A stretch of DNA of 64,000 bases from an uncultured Chloroflexia bacterium. GTDB taxonomy: Bacteria; Chloroflexota; Limnocylindria; Limnocylindrales; CSP1-4. Position 1 is the stretch's first letter, and the number at the start of each line of letters is the position of its first letter. The stretch lies in assembly GCA_963768655.1 (NCBI GenBank), contig CAVYIM010000005.1, positions 192,001-256,000 on the forward strand, written 5' to 3'. Below, in pieces: positions 20,529-31,380 of this stretch. The notes under the pieces were generated by a model. The model was not told the DNA's origin. It searched no databases and saw only the letters and a program-made list of their open reading frames with translations. Both the position numbers and the translations under genes were made by a program.

Positions 20529-21968
20529 CTAGGCGTTGATCTGGCGACCTGCGACGGCCATCGCGGCCTCGCCTACGATCTCGGCCAGGGTGGGATGCGG
20601 ATGCGTGGCCGCGCCGATCTCCCAGGCCGTGGCCTCGAGCGTCATCCCCAGGGCCGCCTCCGCGATCAGGTCCGTCACTGCCGGCCCGATCAGATGCACG
20701 CCCAGGACCTCGTCGTTGGATGCGTCCGCGATCACCTTGGCGAAGCCTTCGGTCTCGCCCACGATCACCGCCTTGGCGATCGCGGCGAAGTTGAAGACCC
20801 CCTTCTTGATGGCGATGCCGCGCTCCTCGCACTGCTGCTCGGTCAGACCGATCGAGGCGACCTGCGGGCGGGTGAACGTCGCCCGCGGCTGGTGGTCGTA
20901 GTCGATCGCCTCGGGTCCCTCGCCGGCGATGTCGTGGACGGCCACGATCCCCTCGTGCGCGGCCACGTGGGCGAGCATCAGCCCGCCGATGAGGTCGCCG
21001 ATGGCGTAGACGTGCGGCTGGGCGGTCCGCATCCAGCCGTCGACCTTGACGAAGCCGCGCTCGAGCTCGACCCGGGTCGTCTCCAGGCCGACGTCCTCGC
21101 TGTTCGGCGCCCGCCCGGTCGCCATCAGCAGCTGCTCGACGCGCAGCTCCTCGGAGACGCCGCCGTCCGGACCGACCAGCATCGAGACGCCGTCGTCGGT
21201 GATCTTGACGGCGGCGGTATCGAAGCGGGCCCTGGTGACGACCCTGATGCCGCGCCGCGTGAAGCTGCGCTCCAGGGCGGCGCTGAGGTCGCGGTCCTCG
21301 AGCGGAACGATCGCCGGCAGGTATTCGAGCAGCGTCACCGCGACGCCGAGGTCGTGATACAGCGAGGCGAACTCGGAGCCGACGGCGCCGGCGCCGACGA
21401 TGGCGATGCTCTTCGGCAGGACCGCCTTCGTTGTCACGTCGTCAGAGGTGATGATCCGGCGGCCGTCGGGCACGATGCCGGGCAGGCTCTTGACGCGGCT
21501 GCCGGTGGCGAGGATCACGTTCTTCGCGTGGAGGACCCGCTCGCCGCCCGCGCCGGGCGTTCCATCCTCGCCGTTGAGCGCGACGCGGATCGCGCCGGCG
21601 CCTTCGAGGCGACCTCGCCCCGCGACCCACGTCACCTTGTTCTTGTCGACCAGGCCCCGCAGGCCAGTCCACATCCGCTTCACGACCTGGTCGCGCCGCC
21701 GTGCGATCGCTTCGAAGTCGAGGCCGGGCTGACCCTCGAGCACGATCCCGAACTCCCTGGCCTTCTTGAGGCGAGCGAACAGCTCGGCCAATTCGAGGAG
21801 CGCCTTAGTGGGGATGCAGCCGACATGGAGGCACGTCCCGCCGATCTTGCCCTGGTCTACGAGCGCGACGCTCATGCCCAGCTGAGCGGCCCGAAAAGCG
21901 GCGGTGTAGCCACCGGTGCCGGCGCCGAGGACGATCAGGTCGAAGTCGTTGGTGGAGCCAGGGGCCAT
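20529..21968 (-). CDS. lpdA: Dihydrolipoyl dehydrogenase
   Basis: GAGTGG, GGTCLHVGCIPTK, AIGD, HPHPTLAE motifs. Confidence 0.97.
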   Translation of the reverse strand: MAPGSTNDFDLIVLGAGTGGYTAAFRAAQLGMSVALVDQGKIGGTCLHVGCIPTKALLELAELFARLKKAREFGIVLEGQPGLDFEAIARRRDQVVKRMWTGLRGLVDKNKVTWVAGRGRLEGAGAIRVALNGEDGTPGAGGERVLHAKNVILATGSRVKSLPGIVPDGRRIITSDDVTTKAVLPKSIAIVGAGAVGSEFASLYHDLGVAVTLLEYLPAIVPLEDRDLSAALERSFTRRGIRVVTRARFDTAAVKITDDGVSMLVGPDGGVSEELRVEQLLMATGRAPNSEDVGLETTRVELERGFVKVDGWMRTAQPHVYAIGDLIGGLMLAHVAAHEGIVAVHDIAGEGPEAIDYDHQPRATFTRPQVASIGLTEQQCEERGIAIKKGVFNFAAIAKAVIVGETEGFAKVIADASNDEVLGVHLIGPAVTDLIAEAALGMTLEATAWEIGAATHPHPTLAEIVGEAAMAVAGRQINA

Positions 21969-22382
21969 GGTTCGTCGGCCTCGCGCTGCGGATCGGGGTG
22001 GATGTCCGAAGCGTACCCGGCGATCCGGGAACGAGCAACCGAACCCGCCGGGACGGCGCGGGACGCGGATCAGCCGGCGCGGGGGGCGCGTCGCGGGCGC
22101 GTCGCGGAACGCGACGCAGCAGCCGACGCGGGACGGCCCCAGGCATCGTCCGGATCGGCGGCCGCCGATATCCTGCCCAACTTGCCTGGGGTGAAAGTTG
22201 GGTCAGGCAAGGCGCCGTTGCGGGCCCCGATCCGACCGGCGCCGCCGCGATCCACGCTCAGGAACAGAGCCAAGGCGACGACCACGGCCTCGCACGCGGT
22301 CGATCTGTCGCCTAACTCTCATGCCGTGAAAGTTGGACTAGATACCGGGCCGCGGCGAGGGCGAGGCGGAGGCGTGGCGGGG

Positions 22383-22476
22383 CGGACCGCCGCGCGGTCG
22401 CGGGCGGGGCGCCAGGCGCCGGACCGCCGCGCGGTCGCGGGCAGGGCGGGGCGCCAGGCGCCGGACCGCCGCGCGG
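22383..22476. repeat. GC-rich tandem repeat, about 2.5 copies of a 37-42 bp unit
   Basis: CGGACCGCCGCGCGG recurs three times, separated by GGCGGGGCGCCAGGCGC. Confidence 0.7.
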
Positions 22477-22533
22477 AACGGCGACCCGGCGGCCGGAAAC
22501 GGGGCGCGACACCCGCGCCACGTCCCAAACGGA

Positions 22534-22561
22534 ACGACCCGGGCAACGCGGCCCGGGTCGT
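22534..22561 (-). terminator. Hairpin downstream of the zinc-ribbon gene
   Basis: ACGACCCGGGC-N6-GCCCGGGTCGT. Confidence 0.6.
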
Positions 22562-22581
22562 GGCTTCGGAGGTAGCGGCGG

Positions 22582-22899
22582 TCAGTTGCCGCGCGCGCTC
22601 CGGAAGCAGTCGCTGCAGTAGACCGGCTTGCCGTTGGTCGGCTGGAACGGGACCTCGGTGGCGCGTCCACATCTGCTGCACGTGGCGGGATACATCTGGC
22701 GCGGTCCTCGATCGTAGCCGCCGTAGCCGCCGCTATGGCCGGCGCCGCCCTCCGGACGCGCGGCCTTCCGCGCAGTCCGGCAGGGGCCGCATCGTTTGGG
22801 TTCGGAGAATCCCCGCTGGGCGTAGAAGTCCTGCTCGCTCGCGGTAAATACGAACTGCTGGCCGCAGTCGGCGCAGACCAGAATCTTGTCCGTGTACAC
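22582..22899 (-). CDS. Zinc-ribbon / CxxC-x17-CxxC domain protein
   Basis: DKILVCADCG..FVFTASEQ.FY..RGF.EPKRC..C and ATCSRCG...VPFQP..GKPVYCSDCF. Confidence 0.93.
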   Translation of the reverse strand: MYTDKILVCADCGQQFVFTASEQDFYAQRGFSEPKRCGPCRTARKAARPEGGAGHSGGYGGYDRGPRQMYPATCSRCGRATEVPFQPTNGKPVYCSDCFRSARGN

Positions 22900-23259
22900 G
22901 AGAACCTGGAACTCCTCTCAGTAGCCGCTCCCTCCGTGTCCTCGCGGCTGAGCGTGAGAGGCCCGGTCGTCGTGCTACCTGGACGCTGGCTCACGGCCAG
23001 CCCGTGAGCGTTGCGGCGGGATTGTACGTCCGACGTTGCAGCGTGCATAGGGTCCGGCAAAGTCCAGGTTTGGGCACCTGTACAGGACCCTCATTACCGA
23101 TTGACAAGTCTTGTACGGCTCGTCAGAAACTACCTGACATACCGCGGCACCTTGAGCGGTTTCAACCCCCCAAGTGCCTGGGCCGGTGCCCCCGGCAGCC
23201 GAACCCGGCGCAGAACCTCTTCGGCCGAGGCAATCTGGGACCGGACTAGCCGATTGGAC

Positions 23260-24600
23260 ATGCATGCCATGAACCGCAGCCATCGCCGTCTCTCCACGCT
23301 GGCCTCGGTCGCCACGCTCGTCCTGGTGGCTGGATTTGGCGCAGTCACGCCGGCGGTCGCCGCAACCGCCACCCCGGCGGCGACCTTCATCGCGCCCGTT
23401 CCCGGCCTGATCACGGTGACGCAGACAGGCTCGTTCACTGTGAGCTGGACGATCTCCAAAGGCGTGTCGGTCAGCTCTACCACCGTGGTCGTCCAAACGT
23501 CGCGCCCGGTCGGAGTGACCGGCTGCGACCTCCGCTGGCTGCCCGTCGGGTCTGCGTCGGTCCCCGGTGCCTCGTATCACGCCGCCGGGCTGCCGGTCAA
23601 TCGGTGCTATCGATTCCTGCTCGTGCTGGCCACCGGCACCGGCACTCAGACCGTGACTTCGCCGACGATCATCCCAGCCCCGGCCGGCCTCGGCCCCACG
23701 GCGGACTTCACCAACCCGTTCGAAGATGGACTCGTCGACTACGAAACGACGGCCCGGATCGGCTGGGCTCCGCGGGACACCTTCGGCTCGACGATCACCT
23801 CGACCAGCCTGTTCGAGGAGTCGGCCCCGGCCGTCGGCGGCAGTTGCGCGGGCGTGAAATGGGCCAGCGCGACGAAGCTCGCGTTCACCGGCAGCTCGGT
23901 CAACCGGACCCTGCAGCGCTCGTTCTGCTATCGCTACCTGCTCGAGCTCCAGGACGCCGCCGGCTTCCGCAGCTGGCTCACTTCGGGCGCGATGCTCGTG
24001 GCCAGCGGGCTCCCCAGCTGGACCGGCTCCCTCGACTTCTTCCGACTCAGCGCCTTCGCGTCGCAGGCGACGAACACGTGGTGCGTGGCGGCGAGCAGCC
24101 AGATGATGCTGAACATGATCCTCGGCGAGAGCGACTCCTCGACGAGCGCCCAGGCCACCTACATCGCCTACGGCCAGGCTCACGACGGAGGCTCATACCC
24201 GAGCGGCACGAACCCGGCCGGCTGGGCCGCAATCCTCGACCGCTACGGCGGCGCGAGCTACTCGGTGCAGAGCTTCACCACCAGCGCCGCGGCCCTGAAG
24301 CAGGCCGCCATCCGAATGCGCCAGACGAACAAACCGGTGGGGATGCTGGTGTGGAAAGGCCGCCACGCCTGGGTCATGGACGGCTTCAGTGCGAGTGCCG
24401 ATCCCGCGACCACGACCAACTTCACGATCACCGGCGTCGACGTCACCGGGCCGCTCTACCCGCGGGCGATGAACTCGTCGGGATATGACCTGCCGCCCGA
24501 CACGCAGCTCACGCCCGGCCAGCTGGCCAAGTACTTCCTGCCATACACCGACACGACCGTGAAGACCTGGAACGGCACGTACGTGCTGATCGTGCCGTAG
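23260..24600 (+). CDS. Secreted protein with C-terminal C39-like cysteine peptidase domain
   Basis: Signal peptide; SQATNTWCVAASSQMM (Q..C) and GRHAWV (His) motifs. Confidence 0.75.
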   Translation: MHAMNRSHRRLSTLASVATLVLVAGFGAVTPAVAATATPAATFIAPVPGLITVTQTGSFTVSWTISKGVSVSSTTVVVQTSRPVGVTGCDLRWLPVGSASVPGASYHAAGLPVNRCYRFLLVLATGTGTQTVTSPTIIPAPAGLGPTADFTNPFEDGLVDYETTARIGWAPRDTFGSTITSTSLFEESAPAVGGSCAGVKWASATKLAFTGSSVNRTLQRSFCYRYLLELQDAAGFRSWLTSGAMLVASGLPSWTGSLDFFRLSAFASQATNTWCVAASSQMMLNMILGESDSSTSAQATYIAYGQAHDGGSYPSGTNPAGWAAILDRYGGASYSVQSFTTSAAALKQAAIRMRQTNKPVGMLVWKGRHAWVMDGFSASADPATTTNFTITGVDVTGPLYPRAMNSSGYDLPPDTQLTPGQLAKYFLPYTDTTVKTWNGTYVLIVP

Positions 24601-24631
24601 CGGAGGCGCTCGGCGCCCGATGGCCTGATGG

Positions 24632-25513
24632 TCAGAGCCGATCGGCTTCCTGCGGAATGCCGATGGGCGCCACCAGCACCCTGCCTGCGACGGCCGCGCC
24701 GCGGCGCGCCAGCAGTCCCGTCTTGGGCCGGTGGAACGTGACGGTGAGATGCGCCCGAACGACCGGGTCGGAGAGGTCGCCGCTGGTAAGGTCGACGGCG
24801 GTCGGACAGTCGACGGCGACGATTGGGATCCCCGCTCGCCGCGCTTTGGCGATCAGCTCGACGGCGCTGCGAATCGGCTCGCGCAGCGGTCCGGCGGTGC
24901 CGGTCCCCAGCAGCGCGTCCACGACCACGGCCGCCTTTTCGATGCCCTGGGAGAGGATCGCCACGTCCCGGGGGACGGGGGTGTGGACCCGCTCGACTCG
25001 ATCCTCGGCGTCGAGGCGGTCCCAGTTGCGGGCTGCGTCCTTGCCCGCCGGGCGGCCCTCGCCGGCGACGAGCACGACGACGACCCTGGCCCCGTGGCGC
25101 GCCAGGTGCCGCGCGGCGACGAAGCCGTCGCCGCCGTTGTTGCCGGGACCGCACAGCACCAGGATCGGTCCCTTGAGCCAGCGCTCCGTTTCGACGGCCA
25201 GGGCGCGAGTGGCCGCGGCCACCGCACAGCCGGCCTGCTCCATCAGCCGCGTGCCCGTCACTCCCATCGCCTGGGCCCGCCGATCGGCGCCCCGCATGGC
25301 CTCGGCTCCGATGGCAGAGGACTCCATGGAGCGGGACCAGCGGGCGGCGAGCTCGTCCAGGCCGAGACTGAACAGCGTGGCGTCGTCCGCGGGGAGCGGC
25401 GGCATCCGCCACGCACCCGCCTCCGTAGCCCCGACGGTGGCCGGCGCAGCGGCGGCCGGCAGAGAGACCTCGGCCGTGCGGCGGTTCGGAGAGTCGCGTC
25501 TCGGCGTGGGCAT
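24632..25513 (-). CDS. nnrE: NAD(P)H-hydrate epimerase (stand-alone YjeF-N)
   Basis: LMEQAG, LCGPGNNGGDG, VDALLGTG, VAVDCPT, TVTF..PK.GL motifs. Confidence 0.9.
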   Translation of the reverse strand: MPTPRRDSPNRRTAEVSLPAAAAPATVGATEAGAWRMPPLPADDATLFSLGLDELAARWSRSMESSAIGAEAMRGADRRAQAMGVTGTRLMEQAGCAVAAATRALAVETERWLKGPILVLCGPGNNGGDGFVAARHLARHGARVVVVLVAGEGRPAGKDAARNWDRLDAEDRVERVHTPVPRDVAILSQGIEKAAVVVDALLGTGTAGPLREPIRSAVELIAKARRAGIPIVAVDCPTAVDLTSGDLSDPVVRAHLTVTFHRPKTGLLARRGAAVAGRVLVAPIGIPQEADRL

Positions 25514-25532
25514 CGGGTGTCTCCCCGCCGCC

Positions 25533-28407
25533 CTAGCCGGTGTTCTGCAGGCCGGCCGCGACGCCGTTGACGGTGAGCTGCACGAGCGTGGCCACGCGGT
25601 CGCGATCCGGGTGGTTCGGCGGCAGCGAGCGAAGCCGGGCAAGGTAATGGACCTGGATGTGCGACAGCGGATCGATGTAGGGCCGCCGCAACCGGATCGA
25701 GCGCCGAACTGCCGGATCGGTCTCGAGCAACTCGCGATGGCCGGTCACTCTGGCCAGCTCCTCGATCGAAAGCGCGTACTCGGCCCGGATACAGGCCCAC
25801 AGCCGCCTGCCGGTGGGCGTGTCGGCGAGCGCCGCGTAGAGGCTCCCTATCTCCGGCTCGGATCGATACAGGATCAGCTCGGCGTTGTCGAAGGCGCTCG
25901 ACAGGAACGGCCAGTCGCGGTAGAGCGTGGCCAGCTTCTCGGCCGACCTGGCGCCGTGGGCCCGCCGGTAGGCCTTGAGAGCTGAGCCCAGGCCGTACCA
26001 GGCCGGCAGCCCGATCCTCGCCTGCTGCCAGGCGAAGACCCACGGAATCGCCCGCAGCGATTCGATGCCCGGCGCCGGCATGGCCGGCTCCACTACCCAG
26101 GCCGGCTGGGAGAGCCGCCGCGGCGCCTCGGCGCCGCCGCGGCGCGCCGGCCGCGACCCCAGGGCCATGGCCGAGAGTTCGTTCACCGGCGTCGCGGCCC
26201 GGAAGAACTCCGGGAACCCGGGCTCGTCGTACACCAGCGAGCGGTAGGCGTCCCGCGCGAAGCGGGCCATCTCGTCCATCACCGCCTTGCCGCGGCCGTC
26301 CGCCTCGGCCACGCAGTCGTCGTGCTCGTGAGTGGAGGCGATGATCGCCGCGCTCGCCACCAGTTCCAGGTGGTGCTCGGCGATGACGGCGTTCGAGTAG
26401 TTGGCCGCGACCGTCTCGCCCTGTTCGGTCATCTTGAAGCGGCCGTCGATGGAGCGTGGAGCCTGGGCCAGGATGGCCCGGTTCGTCGGGCCGCCTCCCC
26501 GGCCGATGGCGCCGCCCCTGCCGTGGAAGAGCGTCAGCTCGACACCGTTGCGGCGGGCCACCTCGGCCAGGCGCGACTGCGCCCGGTAGAGCATCCAGAC
26601 CGCCGAGAGGAAGCCCGACTCCTTGTTCGAATCGGAGTATCCGAGCATCACTTCCTGACGGTTGCCGCGGGACTCCAGGTGCCGGCGGTAGTCCGGATTG
26701 GCCAGCAGCGTCTCCAGGATCTCGCCGCAGTTCTCGAGCGCGTCCGCCGAATTCGAAGAGCGGCACGACATCGAGATTGGCCTGGCCGCGAACGAAGCCG
26801 CTCGTGGCCACGGTCGGGACAATTCCGCCGGCGGCCATGTCGGAGAGCTGCAGGACGGCCATGACGTCATCCGCGGTGCGGGTGAAGCTGATCACGTAGC
26901 GGTGGCAGGCATCCTCGCCGAAGCGCCGCTGGATTGCCGCGACGGCACGGAAAGTGGCCAGGACCTCGCCCGGCGAGACGCCGGGGACGAGCTCGCGGGC
27001 CAGGTCGGGCGAAGTCATGCCGCGACTGTGCATCAGGGCCTGTAGAGCCTCGGCGTGGACTTCGGAGTGCTGGCGGATCTCGAGGGAGGCGAGATGGAAG
27101 CCGAACGTCTCGACCTGCCAGCGGAAGTCCTGAATCTCCCCGTAGGCGACGCGCGGCATCCCGTCCGCGACCAGGCAGGCTTGAAGCTCCGCCAGCTCCT
27201 CGATGAGCTGCTCGGTCGTCTCGTAGTGCCCGGCCACCGGGCCCGCCTCCTCGGTGAGGTACCAGCGAGTGCGGCGCAGGCGCTCGGCAATCGCCCCCAT
27301 GCGGCGGCGGTACGGCTCGTCGGGGAAGCGGCGAGCCAGATCGCGCATCGCCTCGGGCAGCTCTTCGGCATCGCGGGCGAGGCGGTTCTCGAACTCCGGG
27401 TGGATCCCCTCGCTCGAGATCTGGGCCGACAGCGTCGTCAGAAGCCTTGTCGCCACCGCCTCGTAGCCGCGCAGGACGTGGTCGGCGTGGATGCGCGGGA
27501 CCTGGCGAGTGAGCTCCGCAGTAACCGCCGGATTGCCGTCACGGTCGCCTCCTATCCACGAGCCCCACTGCAGGAAAGCGGATATGCGCGGCGGCCGCGT
27601 ACCGCTCGAGCCGGCATCGCCGGCGGGCCCGACGGGGCGAGTCCTCCGGCCTGCGACTCGCGCCCGGTCCATGGCTCGATCGAAGGCGCGGTAGACGCGC
27701 GGCACCGCCCGGAACAGCGTCTCGTCGAAGAACGCGAGGGCCGTGCGAACCTCGTCGATCGGGCTCGGAGCGGTCTTGCGCACCGAGGAGGTCCGCCACA
27801 GCAGGCTGATCTCCTCGCGCAGCTTGCGCATGATTTCGGCCTCGTCAACGACACCGAGGCGCGGATCGTCGAGCTGCTCCAGAAGCCGATAGCAACGGCG
27901 CAGGGCGATCAGCGTCGTGCGCCGGCGGGCTTCGGTGGGATGGGCAGTCAGGACCGGCGTGACCCGCAACCGCCGCAGCAGCTCCTCGATCCGATCGGCG
28001 GACCAATCACGCTCGCGCAGCCAGTCGATGGCCGACTCCGCAGAGCCTTCGGCCGGCTTAGCCGACTTCTGGGCTCTGTTGAGCCGGCGAACCTGGTCGC
28101 GTTCCTCGCACAGGTTGACGAGCTGAAAGTACAGGCTGAAGGCATTGGCCAGCGCCTCGGCCTGGTCGATCGCCAGTGATTCGAGCTCCGTCGCAAGCGC
28201 GTCGTGAGCCCCCTCGTCGCCCGACTCTCGGAAAGCGATAGAGCGAAGACGGTTCCGTTCGACCAGCTCCAGCAGCTGCGGCCCGCTCTGTTCCGCGATA
28301 ACCTCGCCGAGCAGGGATCCCAGCAGCTTCACCTCGCGCGACAGTGGATCGGGCGGTCCGCCGCTGCGCGCGGGCCGGGGCTCGGCCTGCACGGACGTCG
28401 TGCTCAC
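25533..28407 (-). CDS. ppc: Phosphoenolpyruvate carboxylase, apparent +1 frameshift near 26751
   Basis: VLTAHPTE, SWIGGDRDGNP, VPLFE, QEVMLGYSDSNK, FHGRGG..GRGG, LRAIPW, C-terminal QNTG. Confidence 0.95.
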
Positions 28408-28709
28408 GGCGTGCGCTTGAGATGGCTTTGGCGAGAGGCGATGGACGGGCATGTCCCGGGAGCATACAGCGGCGGACAATTCTGCCGACCGCGCTGACGA
28501 CGGCAGGCCCTGCGCGGCGATCCCGAACTCCGGCTCGCGGCGCTCGCCCGGCCGCGATCCGCGACGATTCGAGCGGCGCCTGAGGTCCCGCGGGGCAGGA
28601 GGATCGGCTGGTCCCGATGGTACGATCGAGGCACCAAGGTTTCTCCGTAAGGGACGACACCTAGAGCAGAAGAGGCCCGTGTCGGTGGGTGCTCGGTGTC
28701 GGAGGCGAA

Positions 28710-28973
28710 ATGGACGGCAGCCGAAGTCACAGGATCGTGATCGCGACCATTGCCGCGGCGTGCGCCGCTGGCGTCGCCTTCGGAATCGCGACCTTGGGCG
28801 GGTTCGGTGCCTCCGGGGCGGGAGACCTGCTCGTCTCGTCGACGCCCGCGGCCAGCACCGTGCTTCTCCTGATCGGCCTTCTCGTGATGGCCCAGCTCGA
28901 ATGGTCGCGCCTGACCGGCCGGCGATCGAGCCGCCCGGCGCGCGCCTCGGTCCCGGAGCCGGCACGCGCCTGA
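28710..28973 (+). CDS. Small 2-TM membrane protein
   Basis: GGAGG RBS; two hydrophobic helices. Confidence 0.65.
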   Translation: MDGSRSHRIVIATIAAACAAGVAFGIATLGGFGASGAGDLLVSSTPAASTVLLLIGLLVMAQLEWSRLTGRRSSRPARASVPEPARA

Positions 28974-29273
28974 TCGATTGAGCAGCCTCTGAGCAGCCTC
29001 GGCACCGATGATCTGCCGATCCCCATCGTCTCCTCCCTCAACGCGCCCGGACTCCGCGCGTCCATGGACCGCCCCGCCGCCGAACAATCCGCCGACGGGG
29101 CGGCCCGCCACTCGCCGGCCCTTCTGAAGCCACCCCTCCGCTCGCCAGGCCCCGAACCTGTCCGACGATCGATGGTCGCTCGTGCATGGCTGCCGTGCCA
29201 CTCTCTCAATCGCGGCTCCGAGGGGGCGAAGACCATGCGGCGCTGCTCAACGGCCGGCAGGGGACGACTCCGA

Positions 29274-30590
29274 TCACGGTTCGATATCGCCTAGAAAGAC
29301 GTTCACGACCGTGCCACCAGGAGTGGCGGTGGCGAGGACGGCCCAATTCTCAAAAGCTTGAAGACAGAAAAGGCCCTGCACCTGCGGCACTGAACCGTCC
29401 GCGGGCAGCAACTGCCACGTCACCCCGTCTTTCGAGAGCCAGACACTCTCGTTGAGCCCAACGGGTGGCATCGTGGGCCCACCCATAATCATCTGATCGG
29501 CCAGGTGGCTCGATCCAATGGCCACTAGTGTGTCACCGACGACCGTCGCGGCGTCGATCATGGTCGCGGGATCGCGTGCTGGCGCTATCGACTCGACCCA
29601 ATTTCGACCGTCGATCGAAGACCAAGAGGCCCCATCGGTAACGTCTGTTCCGGCTCCTAGAAGGATCACACGATCCTTGAAGGCCACGATCGAGGTCGGC
29701 GCAAAGCCCGTCAGAACCGCCGGTGACTTCTGCCAACTGCGTCCGTCAACCGACGTCCACACAGCCGGGTTCTGTCCGAGCGTGTCATTGGCGACCGCCG
29801 CGAATCCACCCGTCCAGGCTGTCACCGCGATCGCCTGGTAGCCCGTCGCCTCGGGCATATTCACGTGGCTCCATGTGGTCCCATCGGCCGAATACCAGGC
29901 GTCCAGGGTATAGCTCGTCCCCACGCCGTGGTCGCCCAAGGCGACGATCTGGCCGGGACGGGCCGCAACGCCGGCGATCTCAGCCCCTGTCGACACCTCG
30001 ACCTGGGCCAGCGCGAACGACCGGCCGTCCAACGAGTGCCACATGACCGGCGTCGGCGTTTGGAACTGTCCGACCAGATCGTCCCCGACTATGACCAGGC
30101 CGCCGGCCCCGTCATCGGACATGGCCCGAGGCACGAAGTCGCTTTCGAACGTCGCTGGTTCGGATGCTCGGCTCCAGGTCACGCCGTCGGCCGAGGACCA
30201 GACCTCGGCTGCCCCGCCATGGCCAACCATCATGTACAGGTGGCCGCCGACCGTTGCAACGTACGGGCCCCAGACGGACTCGGTGGGTACCTGAGACTGG
30301 GCCTGCCACCGGATCCCGACGTGCGACCCGGCGTTGCCCTCCGGAAGCCGGCCTACAGCAATTCCAAGTGCGGCCACGGCCAGGATCGCTGCCACCGCGA
30401 GGCCGATGAGTCCGGCAAGTCGAGACTCGTGACCGAACAGACGGGCGGTATGGCTGGGCGCTCTCGACCGCGGCATAGTCGCCCCAACGCGGTCGGACGC
30501 CACGGCTCGCTGGAGTCGGGGCGACGGTTCGGGACTGGGGGCGCACTGGAAGCGGGCCGCCAGCCACGCCTCGAAATCGGCGTCATTCAT
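29274..30590 (-). CDS. Membrane-anchored Asp-box repeat protein, putative anti-sigma factor
   Basis: GTGA/ATGA-type overlap with the ECF gene; one TM; six W.S.DG..W/F repeats. Confidence 0.8.
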   Translation of the reverse strand: MNDADFEAWLAARFQCAPSPEPSPRLQRAVASDRVGATMPRSRAPSHTARLFGHESRLAGLIGLAVAAILAVAALGIAVGRLPEGNAGSHVGIRWQAQSQVPTESVWGPYVATVGGHLYMMVGHGGAAEVWSSADGVTWSRASEPATFESDFVPRAMSDDGAGGLVIVGDDLVGQFQTPTPVMWHSLDGRSFALAQVEVSTGAEIAGVAARPGQIVALGDHGVGTSYTLDAWYSADGTTWSHVNMPEATGYQAIAVTAWTGGFAAVANDTLGQNPAVWTSVDGRSWQKSPAVLTGFAPTSIVAFKDRVILLGAGTDVTDGASWSSIDGRNWVESIAPARDPATMIDAATVVGDTLVAIGSSHLADQMIMGGPTMPPVGLNESVWLSKDGVTWQLLPADGSVPQVQGLFCLQAFENWAVLATATPGGTVVNVFLGDIEP

Positions 30591-31123
30591 CGCACTACCT
30601 CACGAAGCTCGTGCTCCGGGTCTCGCTCGAGCCGGCCACGCATAGCAGTCAGGGCGTGGTGAAGTCTCGACTTGACCGTACCGAGTGGCCAACCAAGCCG
30701 CTCTGCGATCTGCTCGAGAGAAAGGTCGCGCCAGAAACGCAGCACGACGAGGATCCGCTGATCCGGCGTGAGCGCATCGAAAGCGCTGCTCAACTGCTCG
30801 CGATCGAGGAAGTCGCGGAAGGGGTTGCGCGCCTCCAGTTGCTGGCCTGCCTCCAGGTCAACGATCTGGATTGCCTTTGATCGGCGCAGGTGATCTCGGC
30901 AGATGTTGATGAGGATTCGGTCGAGCCAGACATCGAAGGCGCCGGGATCGCGCAGCGACCGCCGTGATTGCCAGGCGCGAGCCATCGTCTCCTGGGCCAC
31001 GTCCTCCGCTTCGTTCGGATCGCCCATCACGTAGCCAGCCAAGCCGTATGCACGCTTGAGTGACGAGTCGCAGAGCGCTGCGAATGCCGCATCGCTCTGA
31101 TCCGGTCCGTTGGGCACGGTCAT
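30587..31123 (-). CDS. ECF sigma-70 family sigma factor
   Basis: EAEDVAQE, WL.RI..N.CRD, DLSLEQIAERLG.PLGTVKSRL motifs. Confidence 0.92.
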   Translation of the reverse strand: MTVPNGPDQSDAAFAALCDSSLKRAYGLAGYVMGDPNEAEDVAQETMARAWQSRRSLRDPGAFDVWLDRILINICRDHLRRSKAIQIVDLEAGQQLEARNPFRDFLDREQLSSAFDALTPDQRILVVLRFWRDLSLEQIAERLGWPLGTVKSRLHHALTAMRGRLERDPEHELREVVR

Positions 31124-31380
31124 GGGAAGGAGTCTCCCGCCGAGAGTCTCGCCAGTGGTCGCCTTCGGGGCCGGACTCAATCGCTGCCCATCAACTAAGG
31201 ACGAACGCGCTACGCCTTTGGTTCTCCGTCCGGTGGCGTGGACCTCGCCTCGGCTCCAGTGTAGGTGACGCAGGAACCACGGGATGCGCGGCGCCGGGCG
31301 AGGGGGCACAGCCGCTCGCCGGGCCCCGATCCTGTCCGATGACCCTCACACGACTCGCATCCGCGCGCTAACATCCCGAC

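Noticed and set aside
22383-22476. Possible mini-CRISPR array
   Set aside because: The intervening sequences are themselves repeated, there are under three full units, and no cas genes are present
23160-23255. Possible riboswitch upstream of the C39-like peptidase
   Set aside because: Some hairpins are present, but I cannot match c-di-AMP or c-di-GMP consensus motifs
25533-28407. ppc, E2, amidase, hsdR and hsdM as pseudogenes or programmed frameshifts
   Set aside because: Each has isolated +1 indels in short runs, no other decay and no slippery heptamer; sequencing error is the simpler explanation
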